From an uncultured delta proteobacterium (GTDB lineage: Bacteria > Desulfobacterota > Syntrophobacteria > Syntrophobacterales > Syntrophobacteraceae): a stretch of DNA of 64,000 bases. Shown in pieces: positions 43,158 through 53,343 of this stretch. Below the pieces are notes generated by a model. It was not told the DNA's origin, ran no database searches, and was given only the letters and a program-made list of their open reading frames with translations. The translations under genes were made by a program, and so were the position numbers. Numbering within the stretch: position 1 is the stretch's first letter; every line of letters begins with the position of its first letter. The stretch is from contig CAWEHK010000033.1 of NCBI GenBank assembly GCA_963808625.1, positions 140,745-204,744 of the forward strand, read 5' to 3'.

Positions 43158-44072
43158 ACCCCTACCCTTCTGACTCGATCGACGGAAAACTCCAAGAGCG
43201 TCGAGCTCTCCTCGAAGGCGACCCTGCAAAAATCTCCCAAATGTCCGGCACTCCTTTCAAAGTCACTCACGAAGGCCGACAGGTCGGCAGCGCGATACCA
43301 TTCTTTATAACGTTTCAGGCCGGCCTCCAGGTGATCGAGAACGTCCTGCGAGAATGGATTCATTTGGGTAATAGCGGAGTAAAGGAGCGGGTTCTGCGCG
43401 AAGATCCGGCCGAGAAGGTTCATCTCGAGTCGATAGCTGGGGCTGGTAAATTCCATGGTTTCGGGAACATCCACTTCCAGTTCCCGCAGCACCCTGCCGG
43501 TCAACATGGTGGTCACATGAAACAGCACCTGAATGATGCTCATCATGTGATCGTGCTTTTCCGGAGTGCATTCCTTGATGCGCATTCCCTGGCTTTCGAA
43601 GAGTCTGCGCAGACCGCTCCATGCGTGCGGATCAATGCGCACCGGACACGCCACCATGGTTTGGCCCGAAAAGGATGAAATGTTTCCTCCGAACATGGGG
43701 TGCAGCCCCACAATAGATGATGGGGAGCACAACATGGCTTGGAGCGGAGCAACCTTGAGGCTGCTCAAATCCATGAGCAACTGCTCGGGACGAGCAAACG
43801 GGATGAGGTCCCGGATAATGCTCACCGTCTGGTGAAGCGGCACGGCAAAGAGGACCATCTCCGATGTCCTCATGACTTCTTCATTGCTTTTCCGGCCTTG
43901 GGGTCAGCAATCGATCTACTTGATATCCCTGGGCCTCGAAGAAACTGCCAAAGAGCTGCCCCATCTGACCCATGCCGCCAATGATTCCTATCCTATTTCC
44001 GCGAACCCAGCGCTGCGATTCGTCATCTCCCTGCTCGGGCAAAAAGTGAGGGAAGTCCTGCTGTGCCTCCAT
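43154..44072 (-). CDS. tyrA: Prephenate/arogenate dehydrogenase (frameshifted near 43880-43910)
   Basis: IIGGMGQMG, DLSSLK, LHPMFG, HDHMMSIIQ. Confidence 0.85.
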
Positions 44073-44160
44073 GCATTGTCCTTCTCGAGATCGCCTTTAT
44101 GGTCAGCGATGTTCGACACCAAGTACAGCGCCACAGAATGAAGTGACCATAGACCTGACG

Positions 44161-44225
44161 CGTCATTCCGGTGAAAACCGGAATCCAGAAAGATTGCCTG
44201 GATACCGGTTTTCGCCGGTATGACG
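44161..44225. repeat. GTCATTCC-type REP-like palindrome
   Basis: cgtcattccggtgaaaaccggaatccag..ctggataccggttttcgccggtatgacg. Confidence 0.8.
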
Positions 44226-44320
44226 ATCTGAATCCGGACGCTTATTCGTGTCGAGCCTTACGAAGAGCTGTATCCCCATATGCCCTGTCATCCGGGGCTC
44301 CCTTAACGTGACCTGCGGAG

Positions 44321-45336
44321 CTAAAGAGTCCGCCCGACTGCTTCGGCCACGCGTCGGCATTCCTCGATCATGGTTGCGAAAGCCTGGGGGCGCAGAGACT
44401 GAGGGCCGTCACTGAAGGCTTCTTCCGGCCTGACATGGACTTCGACGAGCAACCCGTCGGCGCCGGCAGCGATCGCAGCTCTTCGCGACTGCGGGAACCA
44501 GGTCCGCCCGGCCCACCGCATGGCTTGGGTCCACAAATACCGGCAAATGGGTAAGCTGCTTCAGCAGGGGAACGGCACTGATGTCGAGAGTGTTGCGCGT
44601 TTCGGTTTCAAAGGTCCGGATTCCCCGTTCACAGAGGATCACTCTCTCGTTCCCCTGAGCGAGGATGTATTCCGCTGACATGAGGAACTCCTTTATGGTG
44701 GCGCTCATCCCGCGTTTCAGGATCACCGGCTTTTCGATGTTTCCCACTTCCGTCAAGAGCCTGAAGTTTTGCATGTTTCGGGTGCCGATCTGGATGATAT
44801 CAGCATACCTGCAGACCAGGACCGTGTCCCTGGGGTCCATGAGCTCGGTCACCACCAGCATGCCGGTTCGTTCCCGCACGGCATCCAGGAACTTGAGGCC
44901 CTTCTCGCCCCAGCCCTGAAACGCGTATGGCGAGGAGCGAGGTTTGAACGCTCCTCCCCGGAGAAAATGGACCCCCGAAGGCAGCAGCGCCTCAGCAATT
45001 TCTTCCAGCACCTCCCGGCTTTCTATCGCGCAGGGCCCGGCAAACACCTGGATCTTCTGGCCGCCGATTTCCTGGCCGTTGACCTTGATAACGGTGTCTT
45101 CAGGTTTGAATTCCCTGCTGACCAGTTTGTAGGGCTTGAGGATAGGCAGCACCGATTCCACTCCGGGCATCGATTCCAGGGGGACTTCCCGCAAAACCCG
45201 CTCATCCCCGATGGCCCCGACGATGGTCCGGTGTTCGCCTTTGGAGATGTGCGCACGCAGCCCCAGATCCTCAAGGCGTCTGACAAGGCGATGAAGATCT
45301 TCCTCTTGGTGATCCGGGTTTCAAAACAATAATCAT
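44321..45336 (-). CDS. aroF: DAHP synthase, class I-beta with N-terminal regulatory domain (frameshifts)
   Basis: [39 protein letters not shown]. Confidence 0.92.
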
Positions 45337-45400
45337 GAGCTTCTGTTGCCTCCTTGAAAGAATGGCAAGGCATCTTTTGATCCCGATGCCTTGGCCAAAT

Positions 45401-45499
45401 AAAAAAGGGCCGTCGGAAGATTCATTCCCACGGCCCGGATTTGTTGTTTGGATCTGAAAACAAAAGAGCCGTGGGACCACTCCGGGATACCCACGGCTT
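45401..45499 (-). terminator. Attenuator: two tandem terminator-like hairpins with mutually exclusive pairing
   Basis: mRNA order GCCGUGGG / CCCACGGC-UCUUUU / GCCGUGGG / CCGACGGC-CCUUUUUU. Confidence 0.8.
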
Positions 45500-45511
45500 C
45501 AATGCACTCAC

Positions 45512-45598
45512 TTAGACATAAACTGGCAGCCTCACATATCCCAAGCGCTCCCTCAACAGTCCGCTGCAATAATAATAGCGATAATAGTTCGTAAACAT
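45512..45598 (-). CDS. Tyrosine-rich leader peptide of aroF-tyrA
   Basis: MFTNYYRYYYCSGLLRERLGYVRLPVYV; AGGGGAG RBS. Confidence 0.82.
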   Translation of the reverse strand: MFTNYYRYYYCSGLLRERLGYVRLPVYV

Positions 45599-45635
45599 TA
45601 TTTCTCCCCTGTTTCACCGTTCTTGAAACAGTATA

Positions 45636-45665
45636 AGAGTAACGAAAAGGAAACGGGCCTGTCAA
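45636..45665 (-). promoter_or_regulatory. Sigma70-like promoter of the leader-aroF-tyrA transcript
   Basis: TTGACA-N18-TACTCT. Confidence 0.55.
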
Positions 45666-45781
45666 GAACTTTTCCATCCAAGCCTTGCTGTTAGATATTC
45701 ACACTTGAAAACCTGTGAAACATCTTTAAGATGGTACAAACTAAGATGAGCCAAGGCTTTGGCTCACTAGAAGAGATTTAT

Positions 45782-46637
45782 ATGACGAAAACTTCTTTGC
45801 CTTCCTATTCCCGAAAGCTCCTCGCTGTAACGTTGGTTCTCTTCATTGCTCTGGCTTCGACCAGCTGCAGCCAGCAAGGTCGTAACCGTGGCGCCGATGC
45901 GGCCTGCCGCCGTCCGGCTCCGTCTCCTCCTCCTCCGAGAGCTCCCAGCCACCCGCCTCCGCCGGCAAGGTCGTGGAAAAATGTTTCATCGATCCCGGGA
46001 GCCCTCAGACCATCACCCATGAGGTAGCTCCTCTGGAAACCATCTGGAGGATCTCCAGGATGTATGATGTTTCTCCTGAGGCGATCTATGCGGCCAACTC
46101 GCTCAAACCCGGCGATCCCAATCTACCAAGGTCAGAAGCTGATCATTCCCAATGCCAAAGGGGTTTCGGAATATTATTCCCCTCTACCCAATTCGCGCTG
46201 GAAATACATCGTCATCCACCACACCGCCACCGACGTTGGCAAGGCCTATCTCATCAACCGGTCGCACCTGGATCGCGGTTTTTGGAATGGCCTGGGATAT
46301 CATTTTCTGATCGACAATGGAACCTTGGGAAAAGGTGACGGCCAAATTGAAGCTGCGCTCCCGCTGGATCAAGCAACAAAGCGGAGCTCACTGCAATACC
46401 GGAGGAATGAATGAAAAGGGGATCGGCGTGGCCCTGGTCGGCAACTTCAATGACGAGCTTCCCACCGCCAAACAGCTGCCAGTCGTTGAACTATCTCCTG
46501 AAGACTCTCACTGACTATTACCATATTCCCCCAAGGCAACATCATCGGCCACCGCGATGCTCAGGGGGCGGCCACGGAATGCCCGGGCAAACGTTTCCCC
46601 ATGGCGAGACGTGCGCCAATGCCTCGTCAGACCCTAG
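45782..46637 (+). CDS. LysM plus Amidase_2 lipoprotein (multiple frameshifts)
   Basis: ETIWRISRMYDVS, YIVIHHTAT, GYHFLI, GAH, GVALVGNF. Confidence 0.85.
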
Positions 46638-46816
46638 AGGGAGCAATCACAAGGACCCGATGTCTCTCTTCTTAACCACGGAACAACACCACGGAATACA
46701 CGGAATACATGGAAAAGATCATAAAACAATCCTTTCAATGAATCCGATAGCTTTCTTCCTCGAATTTCAGTTTTCCCATTTTCTGATTTTTCCGTGTATT
46801 CCGTGTGTTCCGTGGT

Positions 46817-47380
46817 TTAAAGCTTTTTGAGCAGGGGCAAAGCAGCACGGAATTCCGGCGTTCCCGCTCGGTTCAGCAGTTCGAAGATGATCATTTCGGT
46901 GGAACTGATTACCGCTCCCGCCTTTTCCAGCCGCCGCAAGCCAACCTCGCGGTTGCTCGCGCTTCGCGACGTAACCGCATCGGCAGCCAGGTGCACGCGA
47001 TAACCCAGCCTTAGGGCGTGGGCGCCCGTGTGAAAGATACAGACGTGGGTTTCCAGCCCTGCGAGCAGCAAGGTGCGGCGGCCGGATTCCTGCAGCGCAC
47101 GGAAGATCCCTTCATTTTCAAAACAACTGAATTCGAGTTTGTTCATTACCGTCGGCTGCGGGACTCGTTCCAGCAGTTCGGGTAAGAAGCCGCCCAGTTT
47201 ATCGGCGTTGTGGACCGTGAACACCATCGGGATTTCAAAGAGTTTGGCGATATCGATCAGGGCAGCCGCATTTTTGGCTACCACATCGTGCTCCACGCAC
47301 GGGTCCAGCATGACTTTCTGGATGTCCACCAGCAGCAGGATACAGTCCTCTCTTACCAGGAACTCTGCATGTGTGTTCAT
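46817..47380 (-). CDS. Isochorismatase-family hydrolase
   Basis: LLVDIQ, KLEFSC, GLETHVCIFHT. Confidence 0.88.
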   Translation of the reverse strand: MNTHAEFLVREDCILLLVDIQKVMLDPCVEHDVVAKNAAALIDIAKLFEIPMVFTVHNADKLGGFLPELLERVPQPTVMNKLEFSCFENEGIFRALQESGRRTLLLAGLETHVCIFHTGAHALRLGYRVHLAADAVTSRSASNREVGLRRLEKAGAVISSTEMIIFELLNRAGTPEFRAALPLLKKL

Positions 47381-47394
47381 CGAGGTCCTCCCCT

Positions 47395-48536
47395 CTATTC
47401 GAGATCCGTAATTTCCATGCACAAGCTGCGCCACCCGGCCGGCCACTCCCGGCTCTCCCAGCTTGTTTCTAATCCCGGCAAGGTCCTGCCGCTGCTGTTC
47501 CAGGCGCTCCGGATGTTGCAGAAGGTTGAGCGCCTCGGCGGCAATAAGCTCGAGCCGCGCATCATGCTGCACAAATTCCGGCACAATCTGATGACCGGCG
47601 ACCAGGTTCGGAAGTCCGATATAGTTCACTCGTATCAAGTGCCGACCCAGATAATAACTCAGGTTGGACACCCTGTTGACAATGATCATCGGCGTACCCA
47701 GAATGGCGGCTTCGAGAGTTGCCGTTCCCGAGACCGTCAACAGCAGATCACAGGCTCGCATTACGCCATACGTGTCTCCCTTCACCAACCGCACCGGGAG
47801 GTTGCGATCCTGGAACGCAGCTTCAAAAGAGGATGGCTGCAGGGAAGAGGCGACGGGAATGATGAAAGAGACCTTCGGCAAATGCTCTCTCAGGATCTCC
47901 GCCGTATCCAGAAAAAGGGGAAGGAGAGAGCGGATTTCGCTCTGGCGGCTCCCGGGCAGGAGCCCAATGAGCGGTTCCACTTCCGGGGGCCGGTATTGCG
48001 CCCTTGCCTGCGCCGGCGATGGTGGGGTTGCCAGGACATCCAGGAGCGGATGTCCGACAAAGCATACTTTCATCTCGTGCTGCGCGTAGAACTCGGTTTC
48101 GAACGGCAGAATCACTGCCATGCGGTCTACCAGGCGTTTTATGGTCCGGACCCGGCCGCTCCGCCAGGCCCAAATCTGCGGGCTGATGTAATAGAATATT
48201 TTGATGCCAAGCCGCTTGGCAATGCGGGCAAGAAGCAGGTTGAAATCCGGAAAGTCGATAAGCACTATCACATCAGGGGGGTTTTTGGCGGAGGTGGGTG
48301 GTGATCGTTCGCCACGCCCGGTAAAGCACTTTAGCATGTCCCGCAACCTCAGCGAGCCCTACGACAGATAACTGGCGATGGTCCACGAGGATCGCGGCCC
48401 CTGCCGCCTCGAGAAGAGGCCCTCCCATGCACGTGACGCGGGTGTCGGGAGCCGTGGCCAAAAGGGCCCGCACGAGATAGGAGCCATGAAGATCACCCGA
48501 AGCCTCGCCGGCACTCACAAAAATCTGATGAGTCAC
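47395..48536 (-). CDS. lpxB: Lipid-A-disaccharide synthase (frameshifts)
   Basis: AGEASGDLHG, IDFPDFN, SPQIWAWR, LLPGSR, SGTATLE. Confidence 0.92.
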
Positions 48537-50464
48537 CTCCTGAGACCTGCCATCCCGGTGCGCATCCGTTGCTCAATCTGGGATGATATTTCCAGAGCGA
48601 CCGTCAGGGCGCGCCTGCCTTCAACGCCAGCCACTGCGGGAGCGTCGCCGCTCTTGATGGCCTTCAGGAAAGTGAAAACTTCTTCTTCAAGGGCATCGCG
48701 CTCCTCGATTTCCATCTCCTCCATCGAAACCTGAGGATATCCTTCCTCATCCGGTTCTTCCTCGCGATAGACCGCATAGGCCCGGCGATCGGCATAGTCG
48801 GCAACAAGATAGGAGTTTTCCTGGAACACCCGAAGCTTGCGCATATTCTTGGTGGAAATACGACTGGCCGTGAGATTGGCGACGGCGCCGTTCGCAAATT
48901 CCATCCTAACACTGGCAATGTCGGGCAGAGCCGTCAGTACGGCAATCCCCGAAGCGCGGAGCTCTCGCAGGGGCGAATCCATGATATGCAGCACAATGTC
49001 GATATCGTGAATCATGAGATCCAGGACGACATCCACATCCAGACCCCGCTCATTAAATAGGGCAAGGCGATCGGCTTCCACGAACATGGGGTTCCGGAGA
49101 TGGGGACGGATGGCGACGAAGGCGGAATTGAAACGTTCGAGGTGCCCGATCTGCAGGATACAACCGTGGCGCTCAGCCAGAGCAATGAACTGGTCGGCCT
49201 CGGCAACGGTCTGGGTCATGGGTTTTTCCAGAAGCACATGAACGCCGGCCTCGAGGAAGTCCCTGGCAATGGGGTAGTGGAGCGGGGTGGGCGTGGCAAT
49301 GCTCACCGCTTCGACCCGGCCGATAAGCTCTCGATAATCGGTGGTGAATTCGGTTTGAAGCTGAGCGGCAATCGTTTTGGCGCGGTCGCCATCGAGGTCG
49401 GCAACGGCGACGAGATTGGCTTCCGGAAGCCTTGCATATTTTTGGGAGTGAAACCCCCCGAGATAGCCGACTCCCACCACGCCGACCCGCACGGCATCGG
49501 GCGCGGCTCTTCTTACCAGGATTTTCGGCGGTGCTGGAGGCAGAGCGGGTTGCTTCCAGAGCGAGGATTCAGCGGTCCTGCCGAAAACATCCGGGCGGGC
49601 GATGCGCTCCCCGCTCTCCCCCGGTACATCTCTTTGAACGACGACGCTGATTCCGCAGGCATCGGCTGCGTCAATCATGCTTTCCTGGTCGAAGATGATG
49701 GTTTTTCCGGCTTCGATTACCAGTACTTTGGCCTTAACCCGCCTCATGGTCTCAACGGTTTCCAGACCCACCGCCGGAACGTCAAACCGGAGGTCCTGAG
49801 TAGGCTTGCTCACCTTGATAACCACCGCGCCTTCGCGGCAGAGCTGCCCGCCGCGCAGGATCGTAGCATCGGTGCCATCGATGCCTTCCACCGCCAGGAC
49901 CGACTGGTTCTTGACCACCAGGCACTGACCGATGTCCAGATGTCCCATGCCTTTGGCCAACTGCCAACCGAAAGCGATGTCCTCTTCTTCCCGTCGGTTT
50001 GGCTTGCGGCGCGTCAAAATGCCCTCAGGGGCGAGGAGTCCCGGAAGCAGAATCGTGGAGGGTTCGATGTGGATTCCTTCCGACTCCAGTTCCTGGGCAA
50101 TGGCCCTGAGAATAAAATCGTCTTTTTTGTTGCGGAGTTTGTTCAGGAGCTTGACGGCGCGCCAGTCGGGGCGAATCCGCGTATAAAGCCTGGTCTTGTT
50201 GATCGCTCCGGCCATTGCCGCACGGGTGATTCCTGCCTTCTGGAAAACGCGTATCAGCCGATTGAGCTGGCCCAATTTGAGCAGATGGAATTCCTCGACA
50301 TAGTTTGCCAGGGAAAGTTCCGTTTCCCCATCGAAGCCCACGGCAATGACTCGGAGGCTGGCCTCTAATGCGGCATGAGCAAAAAGGAGCGGAAATTGTC
50401 CGCTCCCTGCAATGAGCCCGATTTTGTGAAGTTCCCCTTCAGCATTCAAAGAGGCGTCAGCCAT
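48533..50464 (-). CDS. lpxI: LpxI fused to a Gfo/Idh/MocA (GnnA-like) oxidoreductase
   Basis: IAGSGQFP, DIGQ, AVEGIDGTD, QDLRFDVP; then GVVGVGYLG, EKP, GHLERFN, DLMIHDID. Confidence 0.85.
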   Translation of the reverse strand: MADASLNAEGELHKIGLIAGSGQFPLLFAHAALEASLRVIAVGFDGETELSLANYVEEFHLLKLGQLNRLIRVFQKAGITRAAMAGAINKTRLYTRIRPDWRAVKLLNKLRNKKDDFILRAIAQELESEGIHIEPSTILLPGLLAPEGILTRRKPNRREEEDIAFGWQLAKGMGHLDIGQCLVVKNQSVLAVEGIDGTDATILRGGQLCREGAVVIKVSKPTQDLRFDVPAVGLETVETMRRVKAKVLVIEAGKTIIFDQESMIDAADACGISVVVQRDVPGESGERIARPDVFGRTAESSLWKQPALPPAPPKILVRRAAPDAVRVGVVGVGYLGGFHSQKYARLPEANLVAVADLDGDRAKTIAAQLQTEFTTDYRELIGRVEAVSIATPTPLHYPIARDFLEAGVHVLLEKPMTQTVAEADQFIALAERHGCILQIGHLERFNSAFVAIRPHLRNPMFVEADRLALFNERGLDVDVVLDLMIHDIDIVLHIMDSPLRELRASGIAVLTALPDIASVRMEFANGAVANLTASRISTKNMRKLRVFQENSYLVADYADRRAYAVYREEEPDEEGYPQVSMEEMEIEERDALEEEVFTFLKAIKSGDAPAVAGVEGRRALTVALEISSQIEQRMRTGMAGLRR

Positions 50465-50470
50465 CTGTAA

Positions 50471-51248
50471 CTACCTCGTAAACCCCCGTTTGGAACGACC
50501 CAGCATGAATTGGATGAGGTTTTCCACTTCCGGGACAGGCTCCACTTCCTGACGGATCGTCTCGATAGCTTCAGCTACCGTCAGCCCGGATCGAAACATG
50601 ATCCGGTAGCTGTTTTTCAAGCGCCTGGATGGTGGTCCTCGGGAGACCACGCCGCCTCAGCCCGACCAGGTTTGGGCCATAAAGTTTGGCTGGGGTCCCG
50701 AAAGCAAGCATGTAAGGTGGCATATCCATCCTCAACCCCGACTTTCCGCCAATAAAAGCGTAGGCGCCGATGCGAATAAACTGGTGCACGGCCACCAAAC
50801 CTCCCAAGATAGCGTGATCATCAATGCGCACATGTCCTCCCAGGGTCGATACATTTGCCAGGATCACGTCGTTGCCGATGGTGCAGTCGTGAGCGACGTG
50901 GGCATAGGCCATGAGCAGATTGTGGTTGCCAATGCGGGTAATACCGCCACCCCGCTGGGTGCCGCGATTGATCGTGGTACTCTCCCGAATGATATTGTCA
51001 TTCCCGATTACCACCTGAGTTTCTTCGCCTCGATAGCTCAGGTCCTGAGGAGGATAGCCAATGGTGGTAAAAGGAAAGATCTGATTGCGTTCACCAATCG
51101 TCGTCCAGCCATCAATGATAGCATGGGGTCCAACGACCGTACCGGCACCTATGGTAACTCGCGGGCCGATGATGGAATAAGCTTCAACTTTGACATCTTC
51201 GGCCAGTTCAGCCGTGGGCGACACCACCGCAGAGGAATGAATTTCCAT
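50471..51248 (-). CDS. lpxA: UDP-GlcNAc acyltransferase (frameshift near 3' end)
   Basis: Hexapeptide repeats, PQDL, HVAHDC, VHQF. Confidence 0.93.
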
Positions 51249-51275
51249 ATGAGGGCTTATCTCCTTCCTACCGAA

Positions 51276-51731
51276 TCACGCTTCCATCTTCGACTTGCCG
51301 GTTTCAAGCGTCGCCAAAATCTCGGCTTCTGCGACCAACTGATTATTAACGAAGGCCTCCCCTTTCATTTTGAACACCGCTCCCCGTTGTTTGATGAGTC
51401 TGACCTTCAGGATCAATTGATCACCGGGTCGAACGGGCTTGCGAAAGCGCACCTTGTCGAGTCCCATCAAGTAGACTGCCGCTCGTTCCTCCTGAGGATT
51501 ATGGGTACAGGCCCAGAGCCCTCCAGTTTGAGCCAGAGCCTCAATGATAAGGACCCCGGGCATGACCGGGTGTGCCGGAAAATGGCCCTGAAAAAAGGGT
51601 TCATTGATCGTTACATTCTTCAGCCCCACGATTTCATCTTCACTAAAAGTCAAAATCCGGTCCAACAAGAGAAACGGATATCGGTGAGGCAACAGTTTCA
51701 AGATTTCAAGGATGTCTCTCTCCATAGTCAT
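51276..51731 (-). CDS. fabZ: 3-hydroxyacyl-ACP dehydratase
   Basis: [26 protein letters not shown]. Confidence 0.95.
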   Translation of the reverse strand: MTMERDILEILKLLPHRYPFLLLDRILTFSEDEIVGLKNVTINEPFFQGHFPAHPVMPGVLIIEALAQTGGLWACTHNPQEERAAVYLMGLDKVRFRKPVRPGDQLILKVRLIKQRGAVFKMKGEAFVNNQLVAEAEILATLETGKSKMEA

Positions 51732-52795
51732 CCCCCGTGTATGGCTTTCTCGAGTTCCTGGACCTTCATTTTGAGTTGTCTGAGCTCTTCCTTCATCTGC
51801 GGCAGGCGTCTGACATTGACCGTCATCTTGAGCCATTCCTTGTGGGGCATTGCGGGACTGCCTGACACATCCTCTCCCGCCTTGACGTTTCGCCCCACTC
51901 CCGACTGCGCTCCAACCCTCACCCTATCGCCGATTTCGAGGTGTCCGACCACTCCTACCTGTCCTGCGAGAACAACGTGTTTCCCCAAACGCGTGCTGCC
52001 CGAGACACCCACCTGGGCAATCAGGATGGAATGCTCTCCGACGACGACATTGTGGGCAATCTGGACTAAATTATCGATCTTGGTTCCGCGCTGGATCCAG
52101 GTTCGCCCGAAGGCGGCGCGATCAATGGTACAGTTGGCCCCGATTTCCACATCGTCATCAATCTGAACGATCCCCGCTTGCGGGATCTTGACGTGGCGCC
52201 CCTTCTCATCCTGGGCAAAACCAAAACCGTCACTCCCAATCACCGTGCCGCTATGAATAATGACGCGGTCGCCGATGCGGCACCGGTCGAGTACGGTCAC
52301 CCCGGGGTAAATGAGACACTGATCACCGACCGCCACATCGCAGCCAAGGTAAGCTCCCCCATACACTCTGCTCCCCTCACCAACCCGGCAGCGAGGCCCG
52401 ACATGGACCAGCGGGCCGATCCTCACCTGGCTTGCAAGGTGCGTATCATCTCCAACAAAGGCCGTAGCGTGGACGCCGGCTGGCAGATAGGGCGGCTCCG
52501 CAAATAACTGCGCGGCGCGGGCCATGGCCAGGTAGGGCTGAGATGCGATGAGCAGGGGGCGATCGAGGTGTTCGAGAGCGGGTGGAACAATGAGAGCGGC
52601 TGCTTTACACTCGGCGATCAAGGGCAGGAAGCGCTCGTCGCTGAGAAAACTCACCTGATCGGGGCGTGCGTCTTCGATTGAACCCAGCCCGCAAATCCGG
52701 ATACCGGGATCTCCCTTAAGCCGCGCGCCCGTAAGATGGGCAAGCTCTTCCAACAAATAGGACTTAGATGGGCTCTGATTCAGAATAGTTGTCAT
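51728..52795 (-). CDS. lpxD: UDP-3-O-acylglucosamine N-acyltransferase
   Basis: [17 protein letters not shown]. Confidence 0.95.
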   Translation of the reverse strand: MTTILNQSPSKSYLLEELAHLTGARLKGDPGIRICGLGSIEDARPDQVSFLSDERFLPLIAECKAAALIVPPALEHLDRPLLIASQPYLAMARAAQLFAEPPYLPAGVHATAFVGDDTHLASQVRIGPLVHVGPRCRVGEGSRVYGGAYLGCDVAVGDQCLIYPGVTVLDRCRIGDRVIIHSGTVIGSDGFGFAQDEKGRHVKIPQAGIVQIDDDVEIGANCTIDRAAFGRTWIQRGTKIDNLVQIAHNVVVGEHSILIAQVGVSGSTRLGKHVVLAGQVGVVGHLEIGDRVRVGAQSGVGRNVKAGEDVSGSPAMPHKEWLKMTVNVRRLPQMKEELRQLKMKVQELEKAIHGG

Positions 52796-52809
52796 GAGCA
52801 CAGACTTGC

Positions 52810-53331
52810 TCAGGGTCTCCAGGGTGGCAGTTTGTCCAACTCTTTAGCCACTTGCCTGGAGACATCATCCTTGTCAGAACTGTAGACCACCGCGCTCTTT
52901 TCTAAGATGAAGTCATACTTCTCATCCCTGCCATACTTCTCGACAACCTCCCGAACTTTTTTGGCGAGGGCGGCCTGCAGGTCATTCATCTTGCCCTTGG
53001 CGTCCATAACAAGCTTTTGTCCATCCTGCTGCATGTCACGGAGCTCCTGTTCCTTCTTGGACTTGCTCTTCGCATCAAGCACGTCTTTCTTCTTATCAAA
53101 TTCTTCTTTGGCTCCCATGAATGCCTTCTGCTTCTGATCAAGCTCTGCATACATCTTTTCGTCCTGCTTTTTCAGCTCCTCCGTTGCCGCTTTGCCCCAC
53201 TGAGATATCTGCAGCACGGCCATCGCATCCACCACGCCGATCTTCGGCGACGCAGCCCAGGTTGTGGTTGCGGAAAACAAAATGATCGCTCCTAACGCCA
53301 AAAGCACCCGTCCCAAATTTCTCTCTTTCAT
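52810..53331 (-). CDS. skp: OmpH/Skp chaperone
   Basis: Signal peptide, KIGVVD, coiled coil, YDFILE; between bamA and lpxD. Confidence 0.88.
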   Translation of the reverse strand: MKERNLGRVLLALGAIILFSATTTWAASPKIGVVDAMAVLQISQWGKAATEELKKQDEKMYAELDQKQKAFMGAKEEFDKKKDVLDAKSKSKKEQELRDMQQDGQKLVMDAKGKMNDLQAALAKKVREVVEKYGRDEKYDFILEKSAVVYSSDKDDVSRQVAKELDKLPPWRP

Positions 53332-53343
53332 CGGTCTCGCTCC

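Noticed and set aside
46817..48346. Apparent LpxB-isochorismatase fusion (509-aa ORF)
   Set aside because: The LpxB C-terminus ends at 47395 in another frame and the hydrolase has its own GGAGG RBS and ATG at 47380, so this is a frameshift artefact.
50784..52166. Long antisense ORFs (also 49100-50368, 47210-48304, 36066-37058)
   Set aside because: Shadows of well-supported genes in GC-rich DNA.
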